Of a DNA stretch of 64,000 bases, positions 18,571 through 27,184 are shown piece after piece. Within the stretch, counting starts at the first letter, position 1. Each line of letters starts with the position of its first letter. The notes beneath the pieces were generated by a model. That model saw only the letters and a list, made by a program, of their open reading frames with translations. It had not been told where the DNA came from and ran no database searches. A program made the translations under genes and the position numbers. Source of the stretch: Candidatus Woesebacteria bacterium UBA1430 (GTDB taxonomy: Bacteria > Patescibacteriota > Microgenomatia > UBA8517); contig DCTW01000004.1 of assembly GCA_002329465.1 (NCBI GenBank), positions 66,933 through 130,932 of the forward strand, written 5' to 3'.

Positions 18571-18594
18571 GCACTCAATCAATATGATTGCTAA
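18568..18594 (-). promoter_or_regulatory. CIRCE-like HrcA operator upstream of dnaJ
   Basis: Minus strand TTAGCAATC-N9-GAGTGCTTA versus consensus TTAGCACTC-N9-GAGTGCTAA (one mismatch per arm). Overlaps the putative -35. Confidence 0.6.
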
Positions 18595-18599
18595 CACAC

Positions 18600-18974
18600 T
18601 CACTCATCAGAAGAAAAATAAAGATCTCTCAAACCACTTCCAATCTTAAAACCATAACATTCTAAATTTTCTAAAAGCCTGGCTACTTTTTCCCTTCCAA
18701 CATCTCCGGGAAAAGTACCTGAGTCTTTCGAAATTCTTTTGATTTCACCTCCCTGGGCATCTATTACCAACCCGCCTTTTACTTTTGCACTCTTATCAAT
18801 CAAATCTGCTCTTTGCGCTTCTAGCAAAATCCTCTCGTGCATTGGTCCATTCTCATAAGAATTAGCTCCCCAAATAATTAAATCAGCCCCACCTGTTCCC
18901 ACTACGAGTGAAGAAATTCCTCGCAACCTATCAATTGAAGCGCCATCGTCAAAAACTCTCTCAACCCTACTCAA
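18600..18974 (-). CDS. Hypothetical 124-aa soluble protein inserted between dnaK and dnaJ
   Basis: The only long ORF in a 367-nt stretch of an otherwise gapless genome. TTG start embedded in the dnaK stop context (GTTGAGTAG). I recognise no motif. Confidence 0.5.
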   Translation of the reverse strand: MSRVERVFDDGASIDRLRGISSLVVGTGGADLIIWGANSYENGPMHERILLEAQRADLIDKSAKVKGGLVIDAQGGEIKRISKDSGTFPGDVGREKVARLLENLECYGFKIGSGLRDLYFSSDE

Positions 18975-20871
18975 CTATCTCTCCCTCTTCCACCCGACCA
19001 TCCGAATTCTTTTTATCATCATCTTTTTTATCACCGGACTCAGAAGTCTTCTCCTCCTTGCTCTTATCCTGACTCCCATACATTGCCTGTCCCACTTTCG
19101 AAAGTTCCTCTGATAATTCTTGTGTCTTTTTCTCTAAATCTTCCTTATTCAACTCCGTTTTTGCCAACTCATCTTTTACCGCTTTAATCTTTTCGTTGAT
19201 CTTCTCAACAATATCAGAGGGAACCTTTTCGCCAGCATCTTTTAGAGCCTTTTCGGCAGCAGCCACCAACCCGTCCGCCTTATTTCTTATCTCAATCTCT
19301 TCGGCTTTTCGCTTATCCTCCTCTTTATGCGCTTCAGCCTCCTTCTTCATTTTTTCAATTTCCTCATCGCTCAAGCCTACCGCTCCCGTTATAGTAATAT
19401 CCTGACTTTTACCCGTTGCCTTGTCTTTAGCAGTTACTTTCAATATGCCGTTGCTATCAATGTCAAAAGTTACCTCAATTTGAGGAATACCACGAGGAGC
19501 AGGTGGAATTCCGTCCAGCGTAAATGTCCCCAAAACTTTGTTGTCTGCGCTCATTGGCCTCTCACCCTGAGTTACAACTATCTGTACTTGAGTCTGGTTG
19601 TCAGAAGCAGTCGAAAAAACCTCGGTTTTAGAAGTAGGAACAGTCGTATTTCGAGGAATCATCGGGGTAGCCACACCACCCAACGTCTCAATAGCTAACG
19701 TAAGTGGAGTCACATCCAAAAGCAAAACATCCTTTACTTCACCCGCTAAAACTCCCCCTTGAATAGCAGCTCCTATAGCTACAACTTCATCGGGGTTTAC
19801 GCTCTTATTCGGCTCTTTTCCAAAATACCCCTTTACCGCCTCGACAATCTTCGGCATCCTCGTCATTCCACCAACCATAATAACCTCGTCTATATCTTTC
19901 GGATCAAGCTTTGCGTCCTTCAAACATTCATTCACAGGCTTCATGGTTCTTTCAATTAAATCATCAACCAAAGACTCAAGCTTTGCTCTTGTTATTTTTA
20001 ATGTAAGATGAAGCGGTGCACCATCCTTCTGGGTTATATAAGGCTGGTTAACTTCGACCTCGGAAGCGCTCGAAAGCTCAATTTTAGCTTTCTCGGCCGC
20101 ATCCCGAATTCTTTGAAGAGCCTGCTTATCATCCCTTAAATCAACTCCATGCTCTTTCTTAAATTCCTCCGCTATATAATCAACCAGTCTCTCGTCAAAA
20201 TCATCCCCTCCAAGATGTGTGTCTCCATTCGTCGCCTTCACCTCAAAAACGCCATCGCCAAGCTCAAGAATCGATATATCAAAGGTGCCTCCTCCAAGAT
20301 CATAAACAGCAATTTTTTCACTCTTTTTCTTATCAAGCCCATAAGCAAGCGAAGCGGCCGTAGGCTCATTTATGATTCTCTCAACTGTAAGTCCGGCTAT
20401 CTCACCGGCCTGCTTGGTAGCCTGTCTTTGAGAATCATCAAAATAAGCAGGCACTGTAATTACAGCCTTTTCAACGCTCTCTCCCAAATAAGTCTCGGCA
20501 TCTTTCTTAAGCTTCATTAGTATCCTCGCAGAAATCTCCTGTGGAGTATAAGTTTTGCCTTCTACTTCGACAACAGCGCCGCCGTCTTTTCCTTTAACAA
20601 CCTCATATGAAACCATTTTTTGAGTCTTTTTAACCTCCTCGGAGTCAAATCTTCTTCCCATCAGTCTCTTAACGGAGTGTATTGTTTTTTTAGGATTAAG
20701 TATCATTTGTCGCTTTGCCACATCCCCAACCAAATTTTTAACAGGTTCAACCACCGACGGAGTAATATTTCTCCCCGTATCGGAAGCTGAAATAACCTTT
20801 GCCTGCCCACCCTCCATCACGGAAACCACAGAATTTGTTGTACCCAAGTCTATCCCAATAATTTTACTCAT
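18967..20871 (-). CDS. dnaK: Chaperone DnaK (Hsp70)
   Basis: [30 protein letters not shown]. The probable ATG is at 20871 (the track start 20895 adds 8 residues), overlapping the grpE stop by 8 nt. Confidence 0.97.
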   Translation of the reverse strand: MSKIIGIDLGTTNSVVSVMEGGQAKVISASDTGRNITPSVVEPVKNLVGDVAKRQMILNPKKTIHSVKRLMGRRFDSEEVKKTQKMVSYEVVKGKDGGAVVEVEGKTYTPQEISARILMKLKKDAETYLGESVEKAVITVPAYFDDSQRQATKQAGEIAGLTVERIINEPTAASLAYGLDKKKSEKIAVYDLGGGTFDISILELGDGVFEVKATNGDTHLGGDDFDERLVDYIAEEFKKEHGVDLRDDKQALQRIRDAAEKAKIELSSASEVEVNQPYITQKDGAPLHLTLKITRAKLESLVDDLIERTMKPVNECLKDAKLDPKDIDEVIMVGGMTRMPKIVEAVKGYFGKEPNKSVNPDEVVAIGAAIQGGVLAGEVKDVLLLDVTPLTLAIETLGGVATPMIPRNTTVPTSKTEVFSTASDNQTQVQIVVTQGERPMSADNKVLGTFTLDGIPPAPRGIPQIEVTFDIDSNGILKVTAKDKATGKSQDITITGAVGLSDEEIEKMKKEAEAHKEEDKRKAEEIEIRNKADGLVAAAEKALKDAGEKVPSDIVEKINEKIKAVKDELAKTELNKEDLEKKTQELSEELSKVGQAMYGSQDKSKEEKTSESGDKKDDDKKNSDGRVEEGEIVE

Positions 20872-21322
20872 CTTTATCCCTCCTTTTTGCAACAATCACC
20901 TTAGCAGGTCTCAAAACAAAATCGTTCATAATCCACCCCTTTAATACTGTCTCCAATATTTGTCCGTCTGATAATTTATCCTGTTCTAAAGAGTCAACGG
21001 CTTCGTGCAATTCTCCGTCAAACCGGTCTCCTCTTTTGGGTTCAATTCTGGCGACACCTTCCTCCTTTAATTTAGAAAAAAGCTCATCAATCGCAATAGC
21101 AAGCCCGGAATCATTAAGATGGTTCTGTGCATTTTCAATCATATCAAAAACAGGCAACAATTTGCCAACAAATCTTGCGTTCAGTATCTTTTCAAAACTC
21201 TCTTTCTCCTTTTCACTGCGTTTTCTCAAATTATCATAATCTGCAAGCGCCCTTGCAAGCTGATTTTTAAGCTCCTCTACTTCTTTTGTCTTGTTTTTAT
21301 TTAGCCGTTTTTGTTTAGCCAT
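20864..21322 (-). CDS. grpE: Nucleotide exchange factor GrpE
   Basis: [23 protein letters not shown], then the C-terminal beta domain ([14 protein letters not shown]). ATG 21322 lies 1 nt after the hrcA stop. The track start 21358 would overlap hrcA. Confidence 0.88.
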   Translation of the reverse strand: MAKQKRLNKNKTKEVEELKNQLARALADYDNLRKRSEKEKESFEKILNARFVGKLLPVFDMIENAQNHLNDSGLAIAIDELFSKLKEEGVARIEPKRGDRFDGELHEAVDSLEQDKLSDGQILETVLKGWIMNDFVLRPAKVIVAKRRDKDE

Positions 21323-21323
21323 A

Positions 21324-22052
21324 CTATTTTTTAGCAACTTGCTCGACCAGATCACCAAAATATCTTACCACAGGAATCACCGCAGAATAATTAAGTCTAA
21401 AAGGACCAATTACGCCAATAGCCCCCTCATGACCACCCGCATTAAAGCGTGTAGCCACTATACCCACAGGATCAAAATATTCCCAACCCAACTCTTCTCC
21501 AAACAAAACTTCAATCTGACTCAAACCGGTAAACTTGCCAAAAAACAGCTCAACAAGCCTTTTTTCTTGTTCTATCAAAGAAAAAAGAGTTTGACAAACC
21601 TGAAAATTATTAAATTCCGGATTATTAAATACCTGCGAATACCCATGGCTCCAAGTTGAACCGTCAACCGTAGCCGCTACGGACAAAATTTTAGTTTTCT
21701 GAGAAAGCGCCCTTGTTGCCTGATCCATCAATACATCAAAATCATTTCTTACCTCCCAAACACCCTCTTTTGCTCGCACCTCATCCGCAACAGACAATTT
21801 CTTCTCCTCCATTAGTTGATTTATATAAAACTTCATCGCCGGCGGAGTGGGCACCCGTCCGGCAGAGGTGTAGGGCTGTTTAAGAAAACCCGCTTTTGTT
21901 AACGCTACCATCTCGTTTCTTATGGTAGCTGGAGAAATTCCAAGGTTATACTTTTTTTCCAATGCCAAAGATCCGACTGGCAAAGCGGTTTCAATATACT
22001 CATCAATCAAAGCCTTTAAAATCTGTGTCTGTCTTGCAGATAAAGCTTCCAT
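21324..22052 (-). CDS. hrcA: Heat-inducible transcription repressor HrcA (short form)
   Basis: LSARQTQILKALIDEYIETALPVGS...ISPATIRNEMVALTKAGFLKQPYTSAGRVPT. I place the start at MEALSARQ (22052), because the 15 upstream codons of the track ORF are encoded by the CIRCE palindrome. Confidence 0.85.
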   Translation of the reverse strand: MEALSARQTQILKALIDEYIETALPVGSLALEKKYNLGISPATIRNEMVALTKAGFLKQPYTSAGRVPTPPAMKFYINQLMEEKKLSVADEVRAKEGVWEVRNDFDVLMDQATRALSQKTKILSVAATVDGSTWSHGYSQVFNNPEFNNFQVCQTLFSLIEQEKRLVELFFGKFTGLSQIEVLFGEELGWEYFDPVGIVATRFNAGGHEGAIGVIGPFRLNYSAVIPVVRYFGDLVEQVAKK

Positions 22053-22054
22053 TA

Positions 22055-22081
22055 TTAGCAGTAAAATACCACGAGTGCTAA
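22055..22081 (-). promoter_or_regulatory. CIRCE operator immediately upstream of hrcA
   Basis: Minus strand TTAGCACTC-GTGGTATTT-TACTGCTAA (perfect left arm, two mismatches in the right arm). Lies between the murJ stop and the hrcA ATG. Confidence 0.8.
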
Positions 22082-22091
22082 ACCGTGTCAA
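22063..22091 (-). promoter_or_regulatory. Candidate hrcA promoter (TTGACA-17 nt-TATTTT) wrapped around CIRCE, with the ATG 10 nt after the -10
   Basis: Minus strand TTGACA (22091..22086) lies right after the murJ stop; TATTTT is at 22068..22063. No SD before ATG 22052. Confidence 0.4.
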
Positions 22092-22093
22092 TA

Positions 22094-23824
22094 TCAAAAT
22101 TCCGTATTATCCTTTGCAGAAGGGGATACTGTTTCGGATTCTCGAAGAGGTGGAGAAGATATCTTTTTTCTCCTTTTAATAAGGCTTGTTAAAGTAAACA
22201 GTTCCTGCGATTTCAGTAAATAACTTGCCAAAAAGTAAAAAACACCACCCACAAAAAAGGTTACCAAAGTAAGAATTAATAAATTTGTAGTATATCGGGT
22301 ATCCAATACAAATTTCTCAAAATCAAGTCTTTTATGCGCATCCAAACTCCCCAAAAAAGACAGTCGCTTAACCCAAACCGATCTATCAAAAAACTTGAGA
22401 ATAAAGTACATCACTCCGCTTGATACCAAACTTGAAACAACCGTCTTGAAAAAAGGATATAAATTTATCAAAACTCCACCGTTTATCCTATTGCTCAATA
22501 TATAAAAAAGTACAATGGATTGAACAATTACCCCCGACGAAAAGGATGCGGACAGTGCCCAAGTTGGAAGGTCTAAAAGCAGTATCCCGATAAAAGAAAA
22601 AATAATTGCAATTGTCGTACCAATAAGAGAAATAAAAACAGGAGTTTTTGTGTCATTTAGCGCATAAAACGCCCTATTAAGAAGCATTACGGCAGCTTGA
22701 AAAGGAACTCCCAATGCAAAAGCGGATAAAACAAGCCCTGTCTGTACAGTAGCCTCCCAATCAAAAATATCCGTGCCAAATAACAATCTGACAATTGGTA
22801 TTCGAAACACAATCAACCCACCCGCGATAGGCATCACTAAAAAAACCACCTGATACAAAGTCGAGAGAAAAGTGCTTTTAAATCTGGCGAGATCATCCGA
22901 CTGACTGGTCAGAGTAGGAAGCGCAGCTTTTGCCAAACTCACGCCAAAAAGTCCCACAGGTATAAGTTGCACGGAATTTGCAAGAGTGTAATAAGTATAC
23001 GATGCGGTAGAAATAAGAGAGGCCAAAAAAAGCTCTACAGTTTTCGAAATCTGCAAAACCGAAAGCTCAAATATCCTAGGCATCGCAAGCCTACCAATCT
23101 TTTTTACTTCTTTTGTAGGTCTTAACGAAATCTCAAACCTAAACCCAAGCTTATATGACAAAGGAAGCTGTATTAAAAAGTGAGCAAATGCACCCATAAG
23201 TACGCCCAGCGAAGGAGCAAGAAGATGAAATCTGCTCGAAAAAAGCACGGTTCCCGCTATAATTCCGAGATTATAAAAAAGAGGAGCCAGCGCCGGGATC
23301 AAAAATCGTCTTAATGACTCCAAAACTCCGGTTAAAACATAGCTAATTACAAAAAACCCCTGAGCGGCAAACAAAACTCGTGCCAAATATCCAATCTTCT
23401 CCGTTTGCTCTGAACTAAACCCTGGAGCCACTATCCTATATAAATCTTCGGCAAATATACCAAACACTATGGATATCAGGGCAAATATCAAAAGCCCAAG
23501 ATTAAGCATCCTTCCAGCAGTTTTCCAAGCAAGCTGCTGATCTTTCTTAAAAAGTTTTGTAAAAACAGGTATAAAAGCACTAGATAAGGTACCCAGCGTA
23601 AGCACCTCAAACACAAGGTCGGGAAATCTAAACGCAGCAAAAAAAAGGCTAAGCTCATCCGGAACAAAAAAACTCAAAAGCACCCTTTGTCTAACTAACC
23701 CCAAAATCTTTGAAAAGACAATCATCACCATAATAATGCTCGCGGCAGAAAGTATCGAAGTCTGCTCAGAAAAAATAAGTCTTTTACCCCTCAAAACAAT
23801 TCCTCTTGGTATTTTTATTATCAT
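22094..23824 (-). CDS. murJ: Lipid II flippase MurJ/MviN
   Basis: 576-aa polytopic protein. N-terminus AASIIMVMIVFSKILGLVRQRVLLSFFG-like, FRFPDLVFE, and the MOP-superfamily pattern throughout. Confidence 0.88.
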   Translation of the reverse strand: MIIKIPRGIVLRGKRLIFSEQTSILSAASIIMVMIVFSKILGLVRQRVLLSFFVPDELSLFFAAFRFPDLVFEVLTLGTLSSAFIPVFTKLFKKDQQLAWKTAGRMLNLGLLIFALISIVFGIFAEDLYRIVAPGFSSEQTEKIGYLARVLFAAQGFFVISYVLTGVLESLRRFLIPALAPLFYNLGIIAGTVLFSSRFHLLAPSLGVLMGAFAHFLIQLPLSYKLGFRFEISLRPTKEVKKIGRLAMPRIFELSVLQISKTVELFLASLISTASYTYYTLANSVQLIPVGLFGVSLAKAALPTLTSQSDDLARFKSTFLSTLYQVVFLVMPIAGGLIVFRIPIVRLLFGTDIFDWEATVQTGLVLSAFALGVPFQAAVMLLNRAFYALNDTKTPVFISLIGTTIAIIFSFIGILLLDLPTWALSASFSSGVIVQSIVLFYILSNRINGGVLINLYPFFKTVVSSLVSSGVMYFILKFFDRSVWVKRLSFLGSLDAHKRLDFEKFVLDTRYTTNLLILTLVTFFVGGVFYFLASYLLKSQELFTLTSLIKRRKKISSPPLRESETVSPSAKDNTEF

Positions 23825-23828
23825 CTAT

Positions 23829-23857
23829 TTGATATTTTATATCGCATGCTTTATACT
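23829..23857 (+). promoter_or_regulatory. Candidate rpsT promoter (TTGATA-17 nt-TATACT)
   Basis: Hexamers at 23829..23834 and 23852..23857, in the 78-nt divergent murJ/rpsT spacer. Confidence 0.45.
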
Positions 23858-23902
23858 CACAATCGACAATCCACAACAAATTGCTATTAAAGTTTATAAT
23901 TT

Positions 23903-24151
23903 ATGCCTATAACAAAAACAGCCAAAAGAGCTCTCAGAAGCTCAAAAAGAAAAACAAAAATAAACAAAAAAATAATATCCTCAATGGAGGCTTCGTTACG
24001 CATTGCTAAAAAAAGCAAAAAGGTAAAAGATATCTCAAAAGCAATATCCCAAGCCGATAAAGCCGCTAAAAAGAAAATAATTCACAAAAACAAAGCGTCC
24101 CGCATCAAAAGCACTCTCTCCAAACTTCAAATCTCTAAAAAACAAAAATAA
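23903..24151 (+). CDS. rpsT: 30S ribosomal protein S20
   Basis: MPITKTAKRALRSSKRKTKINK...; 82 aa, highly basic helical protein. Confidence 0.9.
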   Translation: MPITKTAKRALRSSKRKTKINKKIISSMEASLRIAKKSKKVKDISKAISQADKAAKKKIIHKNKASRIKSTLSKLQISKKQK

Positions 24152-24211
24152 TCTACCAGAGCGGGCTTACTCTGTGTTATATTTACATAAAGCACAAAGA
24201 AAGCAAAGGAT

Positions 24212-24784
24212 ATGCCTGTCCGTTCTAAAAAAAGACAAATAAATCTTCTCCCACAAAGCGAATTCGAATCATCGCCAACGGGACGAGTGTTAAAATGGAT
24301 TCTAACAACATTTAGGTTCATAGTTATATTTGTAGAATTAATAGTTATAATGGGCTTTATTGCACGCTTCTGGCTAGATATTAAACACTCAAACCTAAAC
24401 GACGAAATAGAACAAAAAGAAAATCTAATAAAGTCTTACTCCAATTTTGAAAAAGAGTTTAAGCTTACCCAGAAAAAACTCGCCATCTATAAATTTCTAA
24501 ACGACGAGAAATATAAACCAGCACCAAGCTTGGAAAAAATAGTCAAAAGGCTGCCGCAAGAAATAACGCTTACTTCCTATTCCAAAAAACCCGAGGAAAT
24601 AATAATTAAAGGACAAAGCCTGGGGGAACAAAACATATCTCAATTCGTAGCAAACTTAAAAGCCGAAGGCGAATTTGAAAACATCACAATCTCTCAAATA
24701 GAATCAAACGAAGAATCTATCTTTATAGATTTTACAATCAATATTAGCCCAATATTTTCGGAAAACGCAGAAAATGAAACTTAG
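24212..24784 (+). CDS. pilN: Type IV pilus assembly protein PilN-like
   Basis: N-terminal QINLLP motif, one TM, a coiled coil, then an alpha/beta domain. AAGGA SD upstream. Confidence 0.65.
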   Translation: MPVRSKKRQINLLPQSEFESSPTGRVLKWILTTFRFIVIFVELIVIMGFIARFWLDIKHSNLNDEIEQKENLIKSYSNFEKEFKLTQKKLAIYKFLNDEKYKPAPSLEKIVKRLPQEITLTSYSKKPEEIIIKGQSLGEQNISQFVANLKAEGEFENITISQIESNEESIFIDFTINISPIFSENAENET

Positions 24785-24797
24785 TTAAAATAAAAAA

Positions 24798-25463
24798 ATG
24801 AAACAAACAAAGTGGCAGCAAAACTACGAAGTTTACAAAAAGTATCTAAGAAACGTCGCTACGCTTTATAAAAGCCGGCAAGACCTAAAAATGTTTACCG
24901 AGCTTTTGCTTTCGATGGCAACCGTAATAACCTTCGGACTTTTTGCAATTAAACCCACTCTTGTAACAATAGCCAAACTATATAGACAAATGACCGAAAA
25001 AGAAGAAACAATAAAAACAATGGATCAAAAAATAAGCAATCTCGTAAAGGCAAAAGAGCTCTACGACTCTCAAACCCAAAGCATCAATCTCCTAAACGAA
25101 GCAGTCCCTACCGAACCCGAAGTTCACAAGTTTGTTAGACAAATCGAAGGTTTATCACAAAAAAACGGGGTAAATCTAATCGAATTTTCAATATCTGACG
25201 CCACCATTATCGGCAGAAAAGATACACAAGAAGAACTCGATGATAATTTAGTAATCATTCCTGAAGACGCACAAAACATTCCCGTCATAATAGGAGCAAC
25301 CGGGGATTATTCCTCTCTCTTTTCATTTATTTCCGATCTTCAGATACTAAAAAGACCAGTCTTTTTTGATATATCATTAGTAAGCATCTCTAATGAAGAA
25401 ACAGCTTTTTCTCTTACCGCAAACATAACAGGAAGAATAGTTTATATAAATAAAAATGAATAA
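24798..25463 (+). CDS. pilO: Type IV pilus assembly protein PilO-like
   Basis: Short cytoplasmic head, one TM, a coiled coil, then LNEAVPTEPEVHKFVRQIEGLSQKNGVNLIEFSI, which is typical of PilO. Confidence 0.55.
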   Translation: MKQTKWQQNYEVYKKYLRNVATLYKSRQDLKMFTELLLSMATVITFGLFAIKPTLVTIAKLYRQMTEKEETIKTMDQKISNLVKAKELYDSQTQSINLLNEAVPTEPEVHKFVRQIEGLSQKNGVNLIEFSISDATIIGRKDTQEELDDNLVIIPEDAQNIPVIIGATGDYSSLFSFISDLQILKRPVFFDISLVSISNEETAFSLTANITGRIVYINKNE

Positions 25464-25791
25464 AAAAAACTCGCCCACCATAGTCAAGCTAGGAATTCTT
25501 ACTGTAATAACAACCTTTATCTGGATAGGTTTCGAGGTCTATAGAGCATTAAGTACCGAGCCCGAACCGATCGTATCCGAAGAAACACTCGCAAAAGTCG
25601 AACCAAACTTGGATACTAATGAAATGGACTCACTCCAACAAAGAATATACATAAACGAGGAAAACATAGCACCCATAAACATTGTTTCAAACACGCAAAC
25701 ATCACAAGAAGAACAAGAAGAAAATGCAGTTGAATCCGAAGAAGCAACAAATTCTGCACAAGAACAAATAGAGGAATCGGCAAATGAATAA
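25456..25791 (+). CDS. Small bitopic protein with acidic C-terminal tail, unknown function
   Basis: 111 aa with one TM (LGILTVITTFIWIGFEV). 8-nt overlaps with both neighbours, so it is co-translated with pilO and orf457. Confidence 0.45.
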   Translation: MNKKNSPTIVKLGILTVITTFIWIGFEVYRALSTEPEPIVSEETLAKVEPNLDTNEMDSLQQRIYINEENIAPINIVSNTQTSQEEQEENAVESEEATNSAQEQIEESANE

Positions 25792-27157
25792 ATCAAAAAT
25801 TCCCACAATATTAGGCATACTAATACTTATTACCGGAGTTGCCATGGGCGTTTTCATACTTCAGCAACAACAAACTTTTAAACTGGGGGCATCTCCCGAG
25901 GCATCTCCCAAAAACATAGAAATAACCAATATAACAAGCGAGTCATTTACAGTTTCCTGGACCACGGACAAAAAAACTGTAGGCTATCTCAAATGGGGCA
26001 AGGAAAAGCCTAGCGAAAATAACTCATATCAAGCCGAAAAAACGGCAAAAAACATACATCAAATATCACTTCACAACCTCGAGCCAAACACAAACTATTC
26101 CTTTATAATCAACTCGGACGGCAAAGACCACGATAACAACAATATTCCCTGGCAGGTAAAAACAGGCCCACCGCTTCCTCCTCCCCAAAAAACAAACATT
26201 ATCTCAGGAAAAGTCATACTTCCAACTGGACAACCCGCATCAAATACACTTATATATCTAAACGCAGCTGGTATATCACCGCTATCAACGCTAACCTCCT
26301 CAAATGGTGACTGGGTTATAGCAATATCAAACGCAAGATCAAACTCACTTAATTCATATGCGAACATCGATGAAAACACGCTTCTTGAAATTCTTGTTCA
26401 AGGAGGACCAAGTGGAATTGCCTCAGCACAAATTTATTTAAAAGCCGCAAATCCAACTCCACCGATAACCCTCGGGAAAATCCACGACTTTAGATCGGAA
26501 ACAGGAAACCCCCAAGAAGAAATCCCCGCATCGCAAATAAATCTTCCGGAGGAAACGGAAAAAGATATCGAATCAAAATTCGTCGTCCCGGAAGTTGAAA
26601 AAGAAGAAGAAACAAGCTCGGTTACCCTAGATAGCATCGAAGATAACGAAATAATATTCACAAACGACCCGGAATTCTTTGGAAAAGGCCCATCAGGAAA
26701 CTCAATTAAAATAACTGTTGAATCAGAACTCATAAGCGACGAGTTAACAATCCCCAGCTCGGGTGCATGGAAATGGAGCCCGCCTGAAAACTTGGAGCCC
26801 GGAGAGCACAAAATAACCCTCTCCTGGGTTGATAAAACAGGAATATTAAGAACACTCACAAGAACTTTTATAGTTCAAGCTGCGGAAAGCGAACCTGCAT
26901 TTGAATCTACACCGTCAGGCAACGAACCTTCGCCAACCCCCACCGTCAAACCAACGCAAACTCCCAAACCTACAGCAACAGCCACACCCGTATCTACAGC
27001 TACACCCAAAGCAACCGCCTCACCAACAAGTACCCCCAGAGTTAGTATCCCGTCAACCGATTCGGCTACGCCAATAGCAGGAAACCCCATACCAACAATA
27101 ATAATGCTTTCATTCGGAGCCGTATTTCTATTCTTAGGACTCTTTCTGGCAGTTTAA
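25784..27157 (+). CDS. Multidomain surface protein: signal anchor, FN3-like domain, CarboxypepD_reg-like domain, Ig-like domain, Pro/Thr-rich stalk, C-terminal sorting-signal-like TM
   Basis: ITNITSESFTVSWTTDKKTVGYLKWG...LEPNTNYSF (FN3), ISGKVILPTGQPASNTLIYLN...SSNGDWVI, a PTPTVKPTQTPKPTATATP stalk, and the end TPIAGNPIPTIIMLSFGAVFLFLGLFLAV. Confidence 0.7.
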   Translation: MNKSKIPTILGILILITGVAMGVFILQQQQTFKLGASPEASPKNIEITNITSESFTVSWTTDKKTVGYLKWGKEKPSENNSYQAEKTAKNIHQISLHNLEPNTNYSFIINSDGKDHDNNNIPWQVKTGPPLPPPQKTNIISGKVILPTGQPASNTLIYLNAAGISPLSTLTSSNGDWVIAISNARSNSLNSYANIDENTLLEILVQGGPSGIASAQIYLKAANPTPPITLGKIHDFRSETGNPQEEIPASQINLPEETEKDIESKFVVPEVEKEEETSSVTLDSIEDNEIIFTNDPEFFGKGPSGNSIKITVESELISDELTIPSSGAWKWSPPENLEPGEHKITLSWVDKTGILRTLTRTFIVQAAESEPAFESTPSGNEPSPTPTVKPTQTPKPTATATPVSTATPKATASPTSTPRVSIPSTDSATPIAGNPIPTIIMLSFGAVFLFLGLFLAV

Positions 27158-27184
27158 TCCCAAAAACCCAAAAACTTCAAAAAC

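Noticed and set aside
22053-22097. Longer hrcA start (ATG 22097, in an ATGA overlap with the murJ stop)
   Set aside because: The extra 15 codons are encoded by the CIRCE palindrome and the putative -35, and HrcA homologues begin near the LSxRQ helix. The longer start remains possible because the ATGA overlap looks like translational coupling.
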